This document shows positions 28,602 to 38,143 of a DNA stretch of 64,000 nucleotides, piece after piece. The DNA is taken from contig OZ242374.1 of NCBI GenBank assembly GCA_965209055.1, forward strand, positions 1,824,001 through 1,888,000. The letters run 5' to 3'. A program made the translations under genes and the position numbers. Source of the stretch: Acidobacteriota bacterium. GTDB lineage: Bacteria; Acidobacteriota; UBA6911; RPQK01; JAJDTT01. The notes under the pieces were generated by a model. It was not told where the DNA came from, ran no database searches, and was given only the letters and a program-made list of their open reading frames with translations. The number at the start of each line of letters is the position of its first letter. The first letter of the stretch is position 1.

Positions 28602-29618
28602 TCAGCCCGCGTCACTCCGGACTCCGGCTTTTCGTGCGATATGTTCGGCCAGTTGCCTGAAGTCACGGGCCGCGTCCAAAACGGCACTCATATGTCCGCC
28701 GATGGCGCCGTCGGCTGCAGTGAGGTGAAAGATCGGCTTCCGGTGTTCCTGCGCCATCGGCACCAGGCTGCGGTAGTGCTTGACGGTGGCCAGACAGTAT
28801 TCGTCTTCGGCCGGCTTTTCCGGAAATGGTCCTGATTTCCGGGCCAGAAGCGTTCTGGCGTACTCCTCCGGCATCCTGTTGACCCACTTGTCATATGCCT
28901 TGACCGGACGGGTCAGACGAACTCCATGCTGTTGCACGATATAGCCCAGCGCTTCCATTTTTCCTTGGGGAAGGGGAAAACTCGGAACTGACCAGTTTTC
29001 AAGTCGTTTCCTCCAGTCACGACGCCAGCGGCCCAATGTCGGACCAAGATTCCGTAAGCCCTGGAGGGAGAACAGGTCGGCGCCAAGCGGGACTACGACT
29101 TTGTCAGTGGAAATGAGAGCGGAGCGATTGATGGCGCCCAAATTGGGGCCTACATCAACCAGAATGACGTTCGCGCCGCACTCATCCGCACCGGCTTGCA
29201 TGACGGACCAGAAGGCCGTGAGAATGCGAAACGGTCGATAGAGCATTTCGGAGCCCAGGGCATTTGGCCATTGCTCGGAAAGCGTACTTTCGAAGCCGGC
29301 CAGCGCCAGATCACCCGGCAGCAGACTGAGCCCCTCCGCGACCTTGTGAAGCCTGGGCGACAAGAGATCGCCAACCTCCGTCAACGGCTTGACGCATTGA
29401 AAAATAGTCGCACCTCGATCAGTCTTTGCGTCGCTGTTCCATAAGCGCTCCAGACGATCTTCGTCCAGGAATGCAGCGGTCAAATTAGCTTGCGGGTCCA
29501 GGTCACAAACCAGTACGGGACGGCCGATTTCGGAAAGCATCCAGGCAAGATGGTAGGCGAGCGAGGTTTTCCCCACGCCTCCCTTGTTGTTGAAAAAAGT
29601 CAGAACCGGAGCCGTCAA
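28602..29618 (-). CDS. ParA/Soj-family ATPase (orphan type)
   Basis: FFNNKGGVGKTS, DLDPQANLT, DVGPNLGAINR; TTG start overlaps upstream stop. Confidence 0.9.
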   Translation of the reverse strand: MTAPVLTFFNNKGGVGKTSLAYHLAWMLSEIGRPVLVCDLDPQANLTAAFLDEDRLERLWNSDAKTDRGATIFQCVKPLTEVGDLLSPRLHKVAEGLSLLPGDLALAGFESTLSEQWPNALGSEMLYRPFRILTAFWSVMQAGADECGANVILVDVGPNLGAINRSALISTDKVVVPLGADLFSLQGLRNLGPTLGRWRRDWRKRLENWSVPSFPLPQGKMEALGYIVQQHGVRLTRPVKAYDKWVNRMPEEYARTLLARKSGPFPEKPAEDEYCLATVKHYRSLVPMAQEHRKPIFHLTAADGAIGGHMSAVLDAARDFRQLAEHIARKAGVRSDAG

Positions 29619-30823
29619 TTCTGCTTGCCCCTGATGATTGCCGTCACGAACCTTTCATCGACCAGAAATTCCGGGTCGGCGTGGCCTTCATCTCGAAGCG
29701 CTCTTCGAGCGATGGCGATTCCGACGCCGAAACGTTGCACGAAACCGAGAACCCTCATCGCGTCCGCCAGATTCGGATTTCGGTAATCCGTGACCCCGCC
29801 CCTGCCGAAATTGCCGGAGGTCACGATCCCGAACGGGCCGCCGGGACTTTGAATCTCGATCCTGTCGTTGAACCAACAGATCCGGACCGGCGCGTAGGTT
29901 CCCTCATAAGTTCGGTGCATGATGGCGTTGCGGACGATCTGCTGGAGCGCCGCCAGTGGATAGGTCGGGACGCGGTGTTCCGTGACGGCTGTCGTCAGAT
30001 CGACAGCGGTCCGATTGTGGGCCTTCAGCTTATCGTCGCATCGTCTGAGCATCTGACCTAACGCGCCGTCGATGCGTTCCTCGTCGATGATCGGATCTGC
30101 AAGTCCCGTTCCGTTGATGCGCAAGAACTGAACATACGCATTCGGCAAGTAGTCGCGGGGACTCTTGCCAAGCGTCAGCAAGCCGAGAATCGTCGGCGTG
30201 TCATCCTCGGCTGACGCGATCATCTTGGTGGCGGCGAGGCGTTCCACTTCACTCCGCTCGTTCGTGTCGAGAACTTCGGGGTCGAAGGCCCGTGGAAGAT
30301 ATTCCTCGCCAAACTGGCGCAAGTTCAGTTCGGACAGCGCTGTCCCGGGCACGGGCTGGATATCGAAGGGGATGCCCGCCGCTCGTCGCCTCTCATTGAG
30401 AATGCGTTCGTCCTGTGCGGTTGCCAGTCCTCGTCTGGGACCGATGCGGACGTGAATGCGCCCCCTGTAACGGACAGGCGGCGAGTCCGAGGGAAGGACT
30501 GTGACGACGGCGATGTCGGAACCAAACAAGCGCCGCTTCTCAACAAACATGGAAGGCGGCGGAACGGTCATTCCGTCGGTCTTGATGTCGGAAAGCTGCC
30601 GGAGGATTTCATCGGAGATTTCAAGACCTGTCGGACCGCGGTCGTCGGTGACTCCAACAAATACAATCCCGGGTTGACCCGAACCGGGCAGGTCGTTGGC
30701 GAAGGCGCATACAGCCTCGCGAATAGCGTTTTTGTTGTCTCCTCGCGATGTTTCCTTGTACTCGACATGAAAGCTCTCCCCCTGAATGAGGAGGCGTTCC
30801 AATTTTCGATCGTCCAGCCTCAT
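29615..30823 (-). CDS. Schlafen AlbA_2 + HATPase_c_4/RecG-C-like protein
   Basis: GESFHVEYKE, VCAFAN, FVGVTD; NAIMHRTY, DRIEIQSPGG, YRNPNLA, VQRFGVG. Confidence 0.85.
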   Translation of the reverse strand: MRLDDRKLERLLIQGESFHVEYKETSRGDNKNAIREAVCAFANDLPGSGQPGIVFVGVTDDRGPTGLEISDEILRQLSDIKTDGMTVPPPSMFVEKRRLFGSDIAVVTVLPSDSPPVRYRGRIHVRIGPRRGLATAQDERILNERRRAAGIPFDIQPVPGTALSELNLRQFGEEYLPRAFDPEVLDTNERSEVERLAATKMIASAEDDTPTILGLLTLGKSPRDYLPNAYVQFLRINGTGLADPIIDEERIDGALGQMLRRCDDKLKAHNRTAVDLTTAVTEHRVPTYPLAALQQIVRNAIMHRTYEGTYAPVRICWFNDRIEIQSPGGPFGIVTSGNFGRGGVTDYRNPNLADAMRVLGFVQRFGVGIAIARRALRDEGHADPEFLVDERFVTAIIRGKQN

Positions 30824-31014
30824 GGTCGAGCCTCCGCCGGCTCCAGTTGCTGCTTTAGGTTGAGCTGGCTGGCGGTATGGTCGATGGTTGGCCCGTGCTG
30901 GTCGGGAGCGCCCGGAGCATGCAGCGGCTCACCGGCGAAGTCGTCGCTCACCTCGACATGGGCAAGTATAGACTTCTCTGGGTCGTGTCGCGACGATTCC
31001 TGCCTTGTCCTCAC
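30820..31014 (-). CDS. Possible 64-aa ORF bridging sat/cysC and the Schlafen gene
   Basis: GTGA and ATGA 4-nt overlaps on both sides; no recognisable motif. Confidence 0.3.
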   Translation of the reverse strand: MRTRQESSRHDPEKSILAHVEVSDDFAGEPLHAPGAPDQHGPTIDHTASQLNLKQQLEPAEARP

Positions 31015-32774
31015 TCCGCCGGCCGGACGAAGCCCCGCCGCAACAGGTGGTCCACGATTTCCTGAGCGTTTTCCTGCGGAGAGCGGCTCAATGTTTCCAG
31101 GATGATCTCCGGGTCCCGGGGAGCCTCGTAGGGGTCGTCGATGCCGGTGAATCCGCGGATTTCCCCGCGCCGGGCCTTGGCGTACATGCCCTTGGCGTCC
31201 CGCTCCTCGCAGACCTCTAGGGGAGTGTCCACGAACACTTCCACGAAGTGGCCGCTGCCCACCATGGATCGGACCTGGTTCCGGGTCTCCCGGTACGGGC
31301 TCACCGCGGCGCAGATCACCGTGCCTCCATGCCGGACGATCTGGGACGCGACGAAGCCGATGCGGAGGACGTTGGTGTCCCGGTCCTCCTTGCTGAAGCC
31401 GAGCCCCTTGGAGAGATGGGTCCGGACCACGTCGCCGTCCAGAACCGTGATCTTCCTCCCATGCTCCTGCAGGAGTACGGTGAGGACCTGGGCCGTCGTG
31501 GACTTTCCGGAGCCGCTCAGGCCGGTCAGCCAGATACAGATTCCCTGATGGTGGCGCGGCGGGTAGGCCTCCGCCAGAATGTCCGCCACTTCGGGCCGCG
31601 TGAACCAGCCCGGCAGGTCCCTTCCTTTGCGCAGATAGTCGTCCCGCACCTGGGATCCTGAGATGGAAGCGGTCCGGGCCGCGGTCCGCCCGTGCCCGAC
31701 CTCCTCGTACCGGTCCTCGTCCGGCAGATAGACCAGTTGCCGGAAGGGAATCATCTTCACTCCCGTCTCGCCGCTGAAGCGCTGCACCAGTTCCTGCGCC
31801 TCGTAGGGTTCGTAAAAAGGAAGGCCGCCCCGCCCGGTGCCCGGACTGGCGTGGTCCCGGCCGACGATCAGGGCGTTGGCGCCGTAGTTTCTTCGAATCA
31901 GGGCGTGCCAGAGGGCCTCCCGGGGACCGGCCATCCGCATGGCCAAGGGGAGCAGGCTCAAGAGCACGCGGCGGGAGTCGTAGTAGTTGCGGGCCAGGAC
32001 CTTGTAGGTGCGGACCCGCGTGAATTGGTCCACGTCGCCGGGGCGGGTCATTCCTACGACGGGGTGCAGCAGCAAGGCGCCGCCGGTTTCGTCCATGGCC
32101 CGGCGGGTCAGCTCCTCGTGGGCCCGGTGCAGCGGGTTCCGGGTTTGAAAGGCGACCACGTTGGCGAAGCTCATTTTCGCCAGGCGGGAACGGGTTTCAA
32201 TCGGGCTCAGGCGCAGCTCGGCGAAGTCGGGCCGGCGGGGCGGACGCAGCACCCGGAGCCTTCCGGACAGGTTGACTTTGCCCCAGCCGTGCATTTCGGT
32301 GACCAGGGGATGGCGAATGTCCAGGGTGCCGAGGACGGCGTGGGCCGTCTCCCGGAAGTCCCATTCGTAGATCTCCTCCAACGTCATGATCGCCAGCAGG
32401 TCGTTCCTGGAGTCCCGGAGGGCGATCTCCGCGTCCAATCGGAACGCCTCGGAGGGCGCAGCGGGGAGACCGACGGGAACGGGAAAGAGGGCGTCCGTCT
32501 CCAGCCGCATCTCCCCCACCACCCGCTCGTGGTCGGCTCGGCTCATGAAGCGGGTCAGAGGGGAGAAGGCCCCGGACGCCATGAGTTCCAGGTCCAGCGC
32601 ACTCCGCCGGGAAATTTGAAGCGAAGGGAGATAGGAAGCTCGCGCCCGGAGATCCGCGGACTCTTCCGGGCTCGCCACGAGATCCACGAGCCGGCCTTCC
32701 CAGGGCGAGATCAGCTTGGTCTTCGGATCACTGGAATCGTGTGCCTGCGCCTCGGAAGGCTGCATTGTGCTCAA
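31011..32774 (-). CDS. sat/cysC: Bifunctional sulfate adenylyltransferase / adenylylsulfate kinase
   Basis: AFQTRNPLHRAH, MRMAGPREA, GRDHA; GLSGSGKST, LDGDVVR, FTGIDDPYE. Confidence 0.95.
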   Translation of the reverse strand: MSTMQPSEAQAHDSSDPKTKLISPWEGRLVDLVASPEESADLRARASYLPSLQISRRSALDLELMASGAFSPLTRFMSRADHERVVGEMRLETDALFPVPVGLPAAPSEAFRLDAEIALRDSRNDLLAIMTLEEIYEWDFRETAHAVLGTLDIRHPLVTEMHGWGKVNLSGRLRVLRPPRRPDFAELRLSPIETRSRLAKMSFANVVAFQTRNPLHRAHEELTRRAMDETGGALLLHPVVGMTRPGDVDQFTRVRTYKVLARNYYDSRRVLLSLLPLAMRMAGPREALWHALIRRNYGANALIVGRDHASPGTGRGGLPFYEPYEAQELVQRFSGETGVKMIPFRQLVYLPDEDRYEEVGHGRTAARTASISGSQVRDDYLRKGRDLPGWFTRPEVADILAEAYPPRHHQGICIWLTGLSGSGKSTTAQVLTVLLQEHGRKITVLDGDVVRTHLSKGLGFSKEDRDTNVLRIGFVASQIVRHGGTVICAAVSPYRETRNQVRSMVGSGHFVEVFVDTPLEVCEERDAKGMYAKARRGEIRGFTGIDDPYEAPRDPEIILETLSRSPQENAQEIVDHLLRRGFVRPAE

Positions 32775-32803
32775 GAAGATTTGCGAAACGAAGGGCTACC
32801 GAA

Positions 32804-33532
32804 TCAATCGGCTTTCCGGAGGCAGTGGATCCCGCATTCCCGGTGGCTTCCCTGCTCCCACCACCAGCGTCCGGCGCGTGGGTGCTCGCCGGGACGAAGA
32901 GCCCGAGTGCAGGGGGCGCAGCCGATGCTGCCGTAACCCTGATCGTACAAGGGATGATAGGGGACCCGGTTGCGCCGGATGTAGTCCCAGACCTGATCGT
33001 GGGTCCAATCCGCCAGCGGACTCAGTTTGATCTTGGAACCGTGCTCCCAATCGGTTTCCAGCTTGCAGACACCGGCTCGGCTCGAAGACTGTTCCCTCCT
33101 CAGGCCGACCATCCAGGCGTCCAGGGGTTGGAGCATCCGTGTCAAAGGCTCTACCTTGCGGACGTGGCAGCAACGCTCTCGCTCTTCCCGGGATCGGTAG
33201 AAGAGGTTCATCCCGGATTCTCCCACCATGGTCTCCACGCTTGCGGCGTGAGGAAAGAAGACCTCCGGACGGATTCCATAGTGGTCCCGGACGCGGTCCA
33301 TCATTTCGTAGGTTTCGGCCGGAAGCCGTCCCGTGTCGATGGTCATGACCCGGACATCCTTGCGGTAGCGCCAGCAAAGATCCAGGATGACCATTCCCTC
33401 GGCCTGAAAACTGGTGCAGACGGCGATGCGGGGGTGCCACTGATCCAGCGCCCAAGCCACCAGATCCTCGGCCGGCATCATTTCTGCCGGTGCCGGCAGG
33501 GGAGTGACATTGGGTTGAATTTGAGTCTCCAT
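32804..33532 (-). CDS. cysH: APS/PAPS reductase (Fe-S type)
   Basis: IDTGRL, CCHVRK, SIGCAPCT, GRWWWE, ECGIH. Confidence 0.95.
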   Translation of the reverse strand: METQIQPNVTPLPAPAEMMPAEDLVAWALDQWHPRIAVCTSFQAEGMVILDLCWRYRKDVRVMTIDTGRLPAETYEMMDRVRDHYGIRPEVFFPHAASVETMVGESGMNLFYRSREERERCCHVRKVEPLTRMLQPLDAWMVGLRREQSSSRAGVCKLETDWEHGSKIKLSPLADWTHDQVWDYIRRNRVPYHPLYDQGYGSIGCAPCTRALRPGEHPRAGRWWWEQGSHRECGIHCLRKAD

Positions 33533-33558
33533 GACCGTGTCTTCCGACGACGCGGCGC

Positions 33559-33588
33559 ATTATCTAGTATTCCGATCGGAGTTGTCAA
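33559..33588 (-). promoter_or_regulatory. Sigma70-type promoter of cysH with palindromic spacer
   Basis: TTGACA-18 nt-GATAAT on minus strand; tccgatcgga palindrome at 33571-33580. Confidence 0.6.
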
Positions 33589-33603
33589 GAAAGAAAATGG
33601 GAG

Positions 33604-33625
33604 GGCAATTGGAAATCGCCGCTCC
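33604..33625 (-). repeat. GGAG-type REP copy
   Basis: ggagcggcgatttccaattgcc on minus strand. Confidence 0.6.
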
Positions 33626-33664
33626 TGTTGAATTCTCCCCACGCGAACCGATACGGTTTTCGGG

Positions 33665-34744
33665 ATGAAGGTCGACGTCCTCATCGTGGGCGCGGGTTTT
33701 GCCGGCGCCTCCACCGCATTTCACCTGAGCCGGTCGTTCCCGGGATCGATCCTGGTGATCGATCAGGAATCGGTGCCCGGCTTCCACGCCTCGGGCCGGA
33801 ATGCGGCCATGGTGAGGCAGCACGAGGAGCGGGAGGACATCCGGCGGGCCGCCGCCGCCAGTCGCCGGGCATACGGCGAGTACGAGTCGGAGCTGGGCTT
33901 TCGCCAGGTCGGGTCGTTGCTCCTGGGACCGGCGAACCGGTTGGAGGCGATGCGGGAACCCGACCGGATCGAATCGTATCTCCTGAGCCCGCGGGAAGCC
34001 CGCCGGAGAGTCCCGTTGCTGGACCGCCACGACTTCGGCGCCGCCCTCTGGACTCCCGCCGACGGCATCATGGACATTTCCGCGCTGCTGCAGCTCTACC
34101 TCGCCGGCAGCCGGGAGCGGGGGGTCTCCTTCCTGTTCGACTGCCAACTGCGAGGCTGCCGGGGGACGGGGCCGTTTCGAATCGACACCACGCAGGGCGA
34201 AATCACGGCCCGCCGCCTGGTCAACGCCACCGGCGCCTGGGCGCCGCTGGTCGGCCGACTCGCGGGCGCCGCGCCGGTTCCCATGCGTCCGTTGAAGCGC
34301 CACCTCTTCGTCCTGGGGGGAGTCCCCGGAGTGAATCCCCATTGGCCCATCGTCTGGAACCTGGCGGACAATTTCTATTTCAGGCCCGAGTCCGACGGAC
34401 TTCTCATCAGCGTCTGCGACGAGGGCGAGACCGAGAGCCTGGAACCGACCGTGGACGCGGACATGACCGAGGCGCTGGCCCAGCTCTGCTGGTCCAAGCT
34501 GCCCCACCTCAGAGACGCGGTCCAGGAGCAAGTCTGGTCCTGCTTTCGCACCAAGGCGTCCGACACCTCCTTCGTCATCGGTTGGGATCCGGAACTGGAG
34601 AATCTGTTCTGGGTCGCCGCCCTGGGGGGGCACGGCATGGGAGTCAGTTGGGAAGTCGGCCGCCGCGCCGCCCGGAAATTCCTGGACCGCGCGCATTCCG
34701 ATTCCTTCGACCCGGACCGGTTCCAATTCGCTCTCCGGCCGTAG
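33665..34744 (+). CDS. FAD-dependent oxidoreductase (DAO/glycine oxidase family)
   Basis: IVGAGFAG, ASGRNAA, VNATGAWA, GGHGM. Confidence 0.9.
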   Translation: MKVDVLIVGAGFAGASTAFHLSRSFPGSILVIDQESVPGFHASGRNAAMVRQHEEREDIRRAAAASRRAYGEYESELGFRQVGSLLLGPANRLEAMREPDRIESYLLSPREARRRVPLLDRHDFGAALWTPADGIMDISALLQLYLAGSRERGVSFLFDCQLRGCRGTGPFRIDTTQGEITARRLVNATGAWAPLVGRLAGAAPVPMRPLKRHLFVLGGVPGVNPHWPIVWNLADNFYFRPESDGLLISVCDEGETESLEPTVDADMTEALAQLCWSKLPHLRDAVQEQVWSCFRTKASDTSFVIGWDPELENLFWVAALGGHGMGVSWEVGRRAARKFLDRAHSDSFDPDRFQFALRP

Positions 34745-34821
34745 CCGTCCGTGGTGAGAGGCGTCTTGCTGGTACACTAGCCACGGAACCTCCCGCTGAG
34801 GTTCGGAGAGGAAGATCGACG

Positions 34822-35676
34822 GTGTTCAGACGACAGACGACCGGTTCGGTGGTGTGCCGATCCTGCGGCCTGTTGGTGGGAGTCAACGACTCCGAATGCT
34901 ATGAGTGCGGCTGCAAGAACCCGGGTCTCTGGGGTTTTGCGCCCCTGGTGCGGATTCTGGGCGACGACTTCGGTTTTCTCCGGCTGGTGACGGTGGGCTG
35001 CATCTTCCTGTACGTCGCGACCCTGGTCGTGGGTTCCGGAGAGTCCCGGGGTGGAGGCATGTTCTCGCTGTTGTCTCCCAGCCAGCACGGCCTGTTTCTG
35101 TTCGGCGCGAGCGGCGCCATTCCCGTGTTCCGTTACGATCGCTGGTGGACCCTGCTCAGTGCCGGTTGGCTCCACGGCGGGTTGCTCCACATCGGTTTCA
35201 ACCTGATGTGGGTCCGCCAACTGGCGCCGGTCACCGCCGAGATCTACGGCCCCGGCCGCATGATCCTCATCTACACCGTGGCCACCGCGGCCGGGTTCGG
35301 CTTGAGCACCGTGACCGGGATGTTTCTTCCCTTCCTGCCCGGACCGCTCCGGGGAGCCATGTTCTCGGTCGGCTCCTCCGCGGCCATATTCGGCCTTCTG
35401 GGGGCGCTGGTCTACGCCGGCCGCCGCGGCATCGGCAGCAACATCAGCCGGCAGGCCCGAGGGTACGCCATTATCCTGGGGATCTTCGGATTCATCTTCC
35501 CGAGAATCGACAACTGGGCTCATCTGGGGGGATTTCTGGGAGGCTACCTGTTGGCTCGCTGGCTGGACCCCATGCAACCCGAGCGCCTGAACCACCTGGC
35601 CGCCGCCGCCGTCTGCATCGTCCTCACGATCCTCTCCATCGTCGTGTCCGTAATCCACGGCTACCCCTTTATATAG
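34822..35676 (+). CDS. Rhomboid intramembrane serine protease with N-terminal Zn ribbon
   Basis: CRSC...CYECG; WLHGGLLHIGFN, VGSSAAIFG, NWAHLGG. Confidence 0.9.
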   Translation: MFRRQTTGSVVCRSCGLLVGVNDSECYECGCKNPGLWGFAPLVRILGDDFGFLRLVTVGCIFLYVATLVVGSGESRGGGMFSLLSPSQHGLFLFGASGAIPVFRYDRWWTLLSAGWLHGGLLHIGFNLMWVRQLAPVTAEIYGPGRMILIYTVATAAGFGLSTVTGMFLPFLPGPLRGAMFSVGSSAAIFGLLGALVYAGRRGIGSNISRQARGYAIILGIFGFIFPRIDNWAHLGGFLGGYLLARWLDPMQPERLNHLAAAAVCIVLTILSIVVSVIHGYPFI

Positions 35677-35728
35677 TCCGTTCGCGGCTCATCTTTTTTC
35701 GGTCCAATCCAGTGCTATACTTCCCGGC

Positions 35729-36493
35729 ATGAAGAGACTGACCGAAGCTCAAATCACGCAATATCGGGATCAGGGCTACCTGATCGTGGAGAACGTCATC
35801 CCCCCGGACCAGGTGGAGGCGCTGAAGCAGCGGACGGCGGACATCGCCGAGGGACGCGTCCCTTTTCCCGAGACGAATCTGGAGCTGGAACCCACGGCCA
35901 ACGGCCGCCGGTCGGTCGAGACGATTCGCAAGCTGGACCATTGCGCCGAGAACGATCCCGTGTTTCTCCGCCACGCCAAAAACGGTCGTATTCTGGACAT
36001 GGTGGAGGACCTGATCGGTCCCGACGTGAAGCTCTTCGAAAGCCAGCTCTTCATGAAGCCGCCCGGGGGCGTCGAGAAGCCGTACCACCAGGATTCGGCT
36101 TATTTCTTCATCGAGCCCATGGCGCTGGTCACCTGTTGGTCGGCGCTGGATGACGTCACCGTAGCCAACGGGAGCATGTGGGTGATTCCGGGCAGCCACC
36201 TGGGCGGAGTCGTGGACCACGGCGAGCCCTGGCAGATCGGGGACCGCGTCGACAAGCAGGTTCCGGCCAGCGCCATGGACCTGGCGTCCGAGGCGCCCGT
36301 GGTCATGCCGGCGGGGAGCTGCTCATTTCATCACAGCCTGCTGCTGCACAGCTCACGCCCCAACCGGACGAACCATTCCCGGCGCGGTTTCGCCGTGCAC
36401 TACATGACTGCCCGCTCCCGGTGGACGAACCCTTCGCTGCCCATGCCGAGCTATCGGCTTCTGAGGGGGCGGGAGTATCCCGGCTGCGTCTGA
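35729..36493 (+). CDS. Phytanoyl-CoA dioxygenase (PhyH)-family Fe(II)/2OG dioxygenase
   Basis: HQD, WSALDD..NG...IPGSH, H.S.PN.T...RR. Confidence 0.9.
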   Translation: MKRLTEAQITQYRDQGYLIVENVIPPDQVEALKQRTADIAEGRVPFPETNLELEPTANGRRSVETIRKLDHCAENDPVFLRHAKNGRILDMVEDLIGPDVKLFESQLFMKPPGGVEKPYHQDSAYFFIEPMALVTCWSALDDVTVANGSMWVIPGSHLGGVVDHGEPWQIGDRVDKQVPASAMDLASEAPVVMPAGSCSFHHSLLLHSSRPNRTNHSRRGFAVHYMTARSRWTNPSLPMPSYRLLRGREYPGCV

Positions 36494-36528
36494 CCTTTCA
36501 GTCCGTGGCGACTTTTGCCACGGGCTGT

Positions 36529-37131
36529 TCAGTCCGCCTTCTTCTCCTCGTCCTCGCCGGTCTTCTCCTCGGGAGGATCGGGAGCGAGTTCCTGGCCTGA
36601 AACCACTTCCAGCTCGGGCAGCGACTGGCGCAGGGCGTCCACGCCGGCCGGGGTCACCTGGGTCTTCCAGACGAACAACTTCCGGAGTTTGGACAATCCT
36701 TTCAGGTGCTGGAGGCCGGCGTCGCTGACCGCTGTCTCGTACAGGTTCAGGTAGACGAGATTGGTCAGATCCTTGAGATTCTCCAGGCCGGCGTCGGTAA
36801 CGGCGGTCTTTTCCAGGTGGAGGCGCTGGAGGGTCTTGAGGCCCTTCAAGTGGACCAGGCCGGCATCGGTGATGGCCGCCTTGCGAAGGTTCAGGTTGAC
36901 CACGTTCGTGAGCTGCTCCAAGGGCGCCAGGTCTCCGTCCTCCGCCGGTTTCGAGACCAGATGGAAGGCGACGTCGAGGCTGGGGTCGTTTTGGGCGACT
37001 TCCAGCACCAGCCCTCCTTTCTCCTGGATGCCGGCGATGGCTTCCGTCTCCGCCTGTGATCTTTCGGTCTCCCCGAGCGCGGAAATGGATGCCGAAAGCA
37101 GAACAATTGCAAGACCGAACGGTTTCTTCAT
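36529..37131 (-). CDS. Exported leucine-rich-repeat protein
   Basis: Signal peptide; 24-aa repeats L.L..T.VTDAGL.HLK.L..L. Confidence 0.85.
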   Translation of the reverse strand: MKKPFGLAIVLLSASISALGETERSQAETEAIAGIQEKGGLVLEVAQNDPSLDVAFHLVSKPAEDGDLAPLEQLTNVVNLNLRKAAITDAGLVHLKGLKTLQRLHLEKTAVTDAGLENLKDLTNLVYLNLYETAVSDAGLQHLKGLSKLRKLFVWKTQVTPAGVDALRQSLPELEVVSGQELAPDPPEEKTGEDEEKKAD

Positions 37132-37156
37132 GACGTGTGTCTCCCTCATGAAAGGT

Positions 37157-38143
37157 TCATGCAACCAGATGACAGGCCGCCCAGTGGCCCGGTCGAACTT
37201 CCTGAAGCGGGGGATCCTCCCGGTGACACCGATCGACGGCAACCGGGCAGCGGGTGCAGAAGTTGCAGCCGGCGGGCGGGTCCGCCGGGTCGGGAGGATC
37301 GCCCTTCAGAACGATCCTGCTGCGGCGGGTCTCCAGGTCGGGATCGGGCAGGGGAACGGCCGAGATGAGCGCCTGCGTATACGGATGCAAGGGGCTCCCG
37401 TAGAGGTCGTCCCGGGTGGCGAGCTCGACGATCCGGCCCAGGTACATGACCGCGACCCGGTCGCTGATGTGCCGGACCATGCTCAGGTCGTGGGCGATGA
37501 AAAGGTAGGTCAGGCCGAACTGCTTCTGGAGATCCTCCAGAAGATTGATGACCTGCGCCTGAATCGAGACGTCCAGAGCCGAAACCGGCTCGTCGCAGAT
37601 GATGAAGTCGGGCTGCAGGGCCAGGGCCCGGGCGATGCCGATCCGCTGGCGCTGGCCGCCGGAGAACTCGTGAGGATAGCGGTCTGCGTAGCCGGGGTTG
37701 AGACCCACCAATTCCATGAGCTCCCGCACCCTCTCCTGCCGGCGTCCCCGGGCCAGTTGATGGATTTCCAAGGGTTCGGACAGGATCTGTCCCGCCGTCA
37801 TCCGGGGGTTCAGGGAAGCGTACGGATCCTGAAAAATCATCTGCATCCGGCGGCGCATGCGCCTCAGTGCCACGCCCTTGAGTTCCGTCAGTTCCACTCC
37901 GTCCAGGAAGACCCGGCCCGCGGTGGGACGCTGCAACTGCAGGATGGCCCTCCCGGTGCTGGACTTGCCGCAGCCGCTCTCTCCCACCAGCCCCAGCGTC
38001 TCTCCTCTCCGAATGAGGAAGGAGATGCCGTCGACGGCGCGCACCGCACCCACCTGGCGCCGGAACAGGACGCCCCGGTTCACCGGATAGTATTGCTTGA
38101 GTCCCTCCACCCGCACCAGTTCCGGAGCTTCCCGGACAGTCAC
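37157..38143 (-). CDS. Oligopeptide ABC transporter ATPase (OppF/DppF-like)
   Basis: [25 protein letters not shown]-terminal Cys cluster. Confidence 0.92.
   Translation of the reverse strand: MTVREAPELVRVEGLKQYYPVNRGVLFRRQVGAVRAVDGISFLIRRGETLGLVGESGCGKSSTGRAILQLQRPTAGRVFLDGVELTELKGVALRRMRRRMQMIFQDPYASLNPRMTAGQILSEPLEIHQLARGRRQERVRELMELVGLNPGYADRYPHEFSGGQRQRIGIARALALQPDFIICDEPVSALDVSIQAQVINLLEDLQKQFGLTYLFIAHDLSMVRHISDRVAVMYLGRIVELATRDDLYGSPLHPYTQALISAVPLPDPDLETRRSRIVLKGDPPDPADPPAGCNFCTRCPVAVDRCHREDPPLQEVRPGHWAACHLVA

Noticed and set aside
28602-29618. Partition system of the conjugative element
   Set aside because: No parB/parS, lies outside the att-like boundary and is coupled to the Schlafen gene
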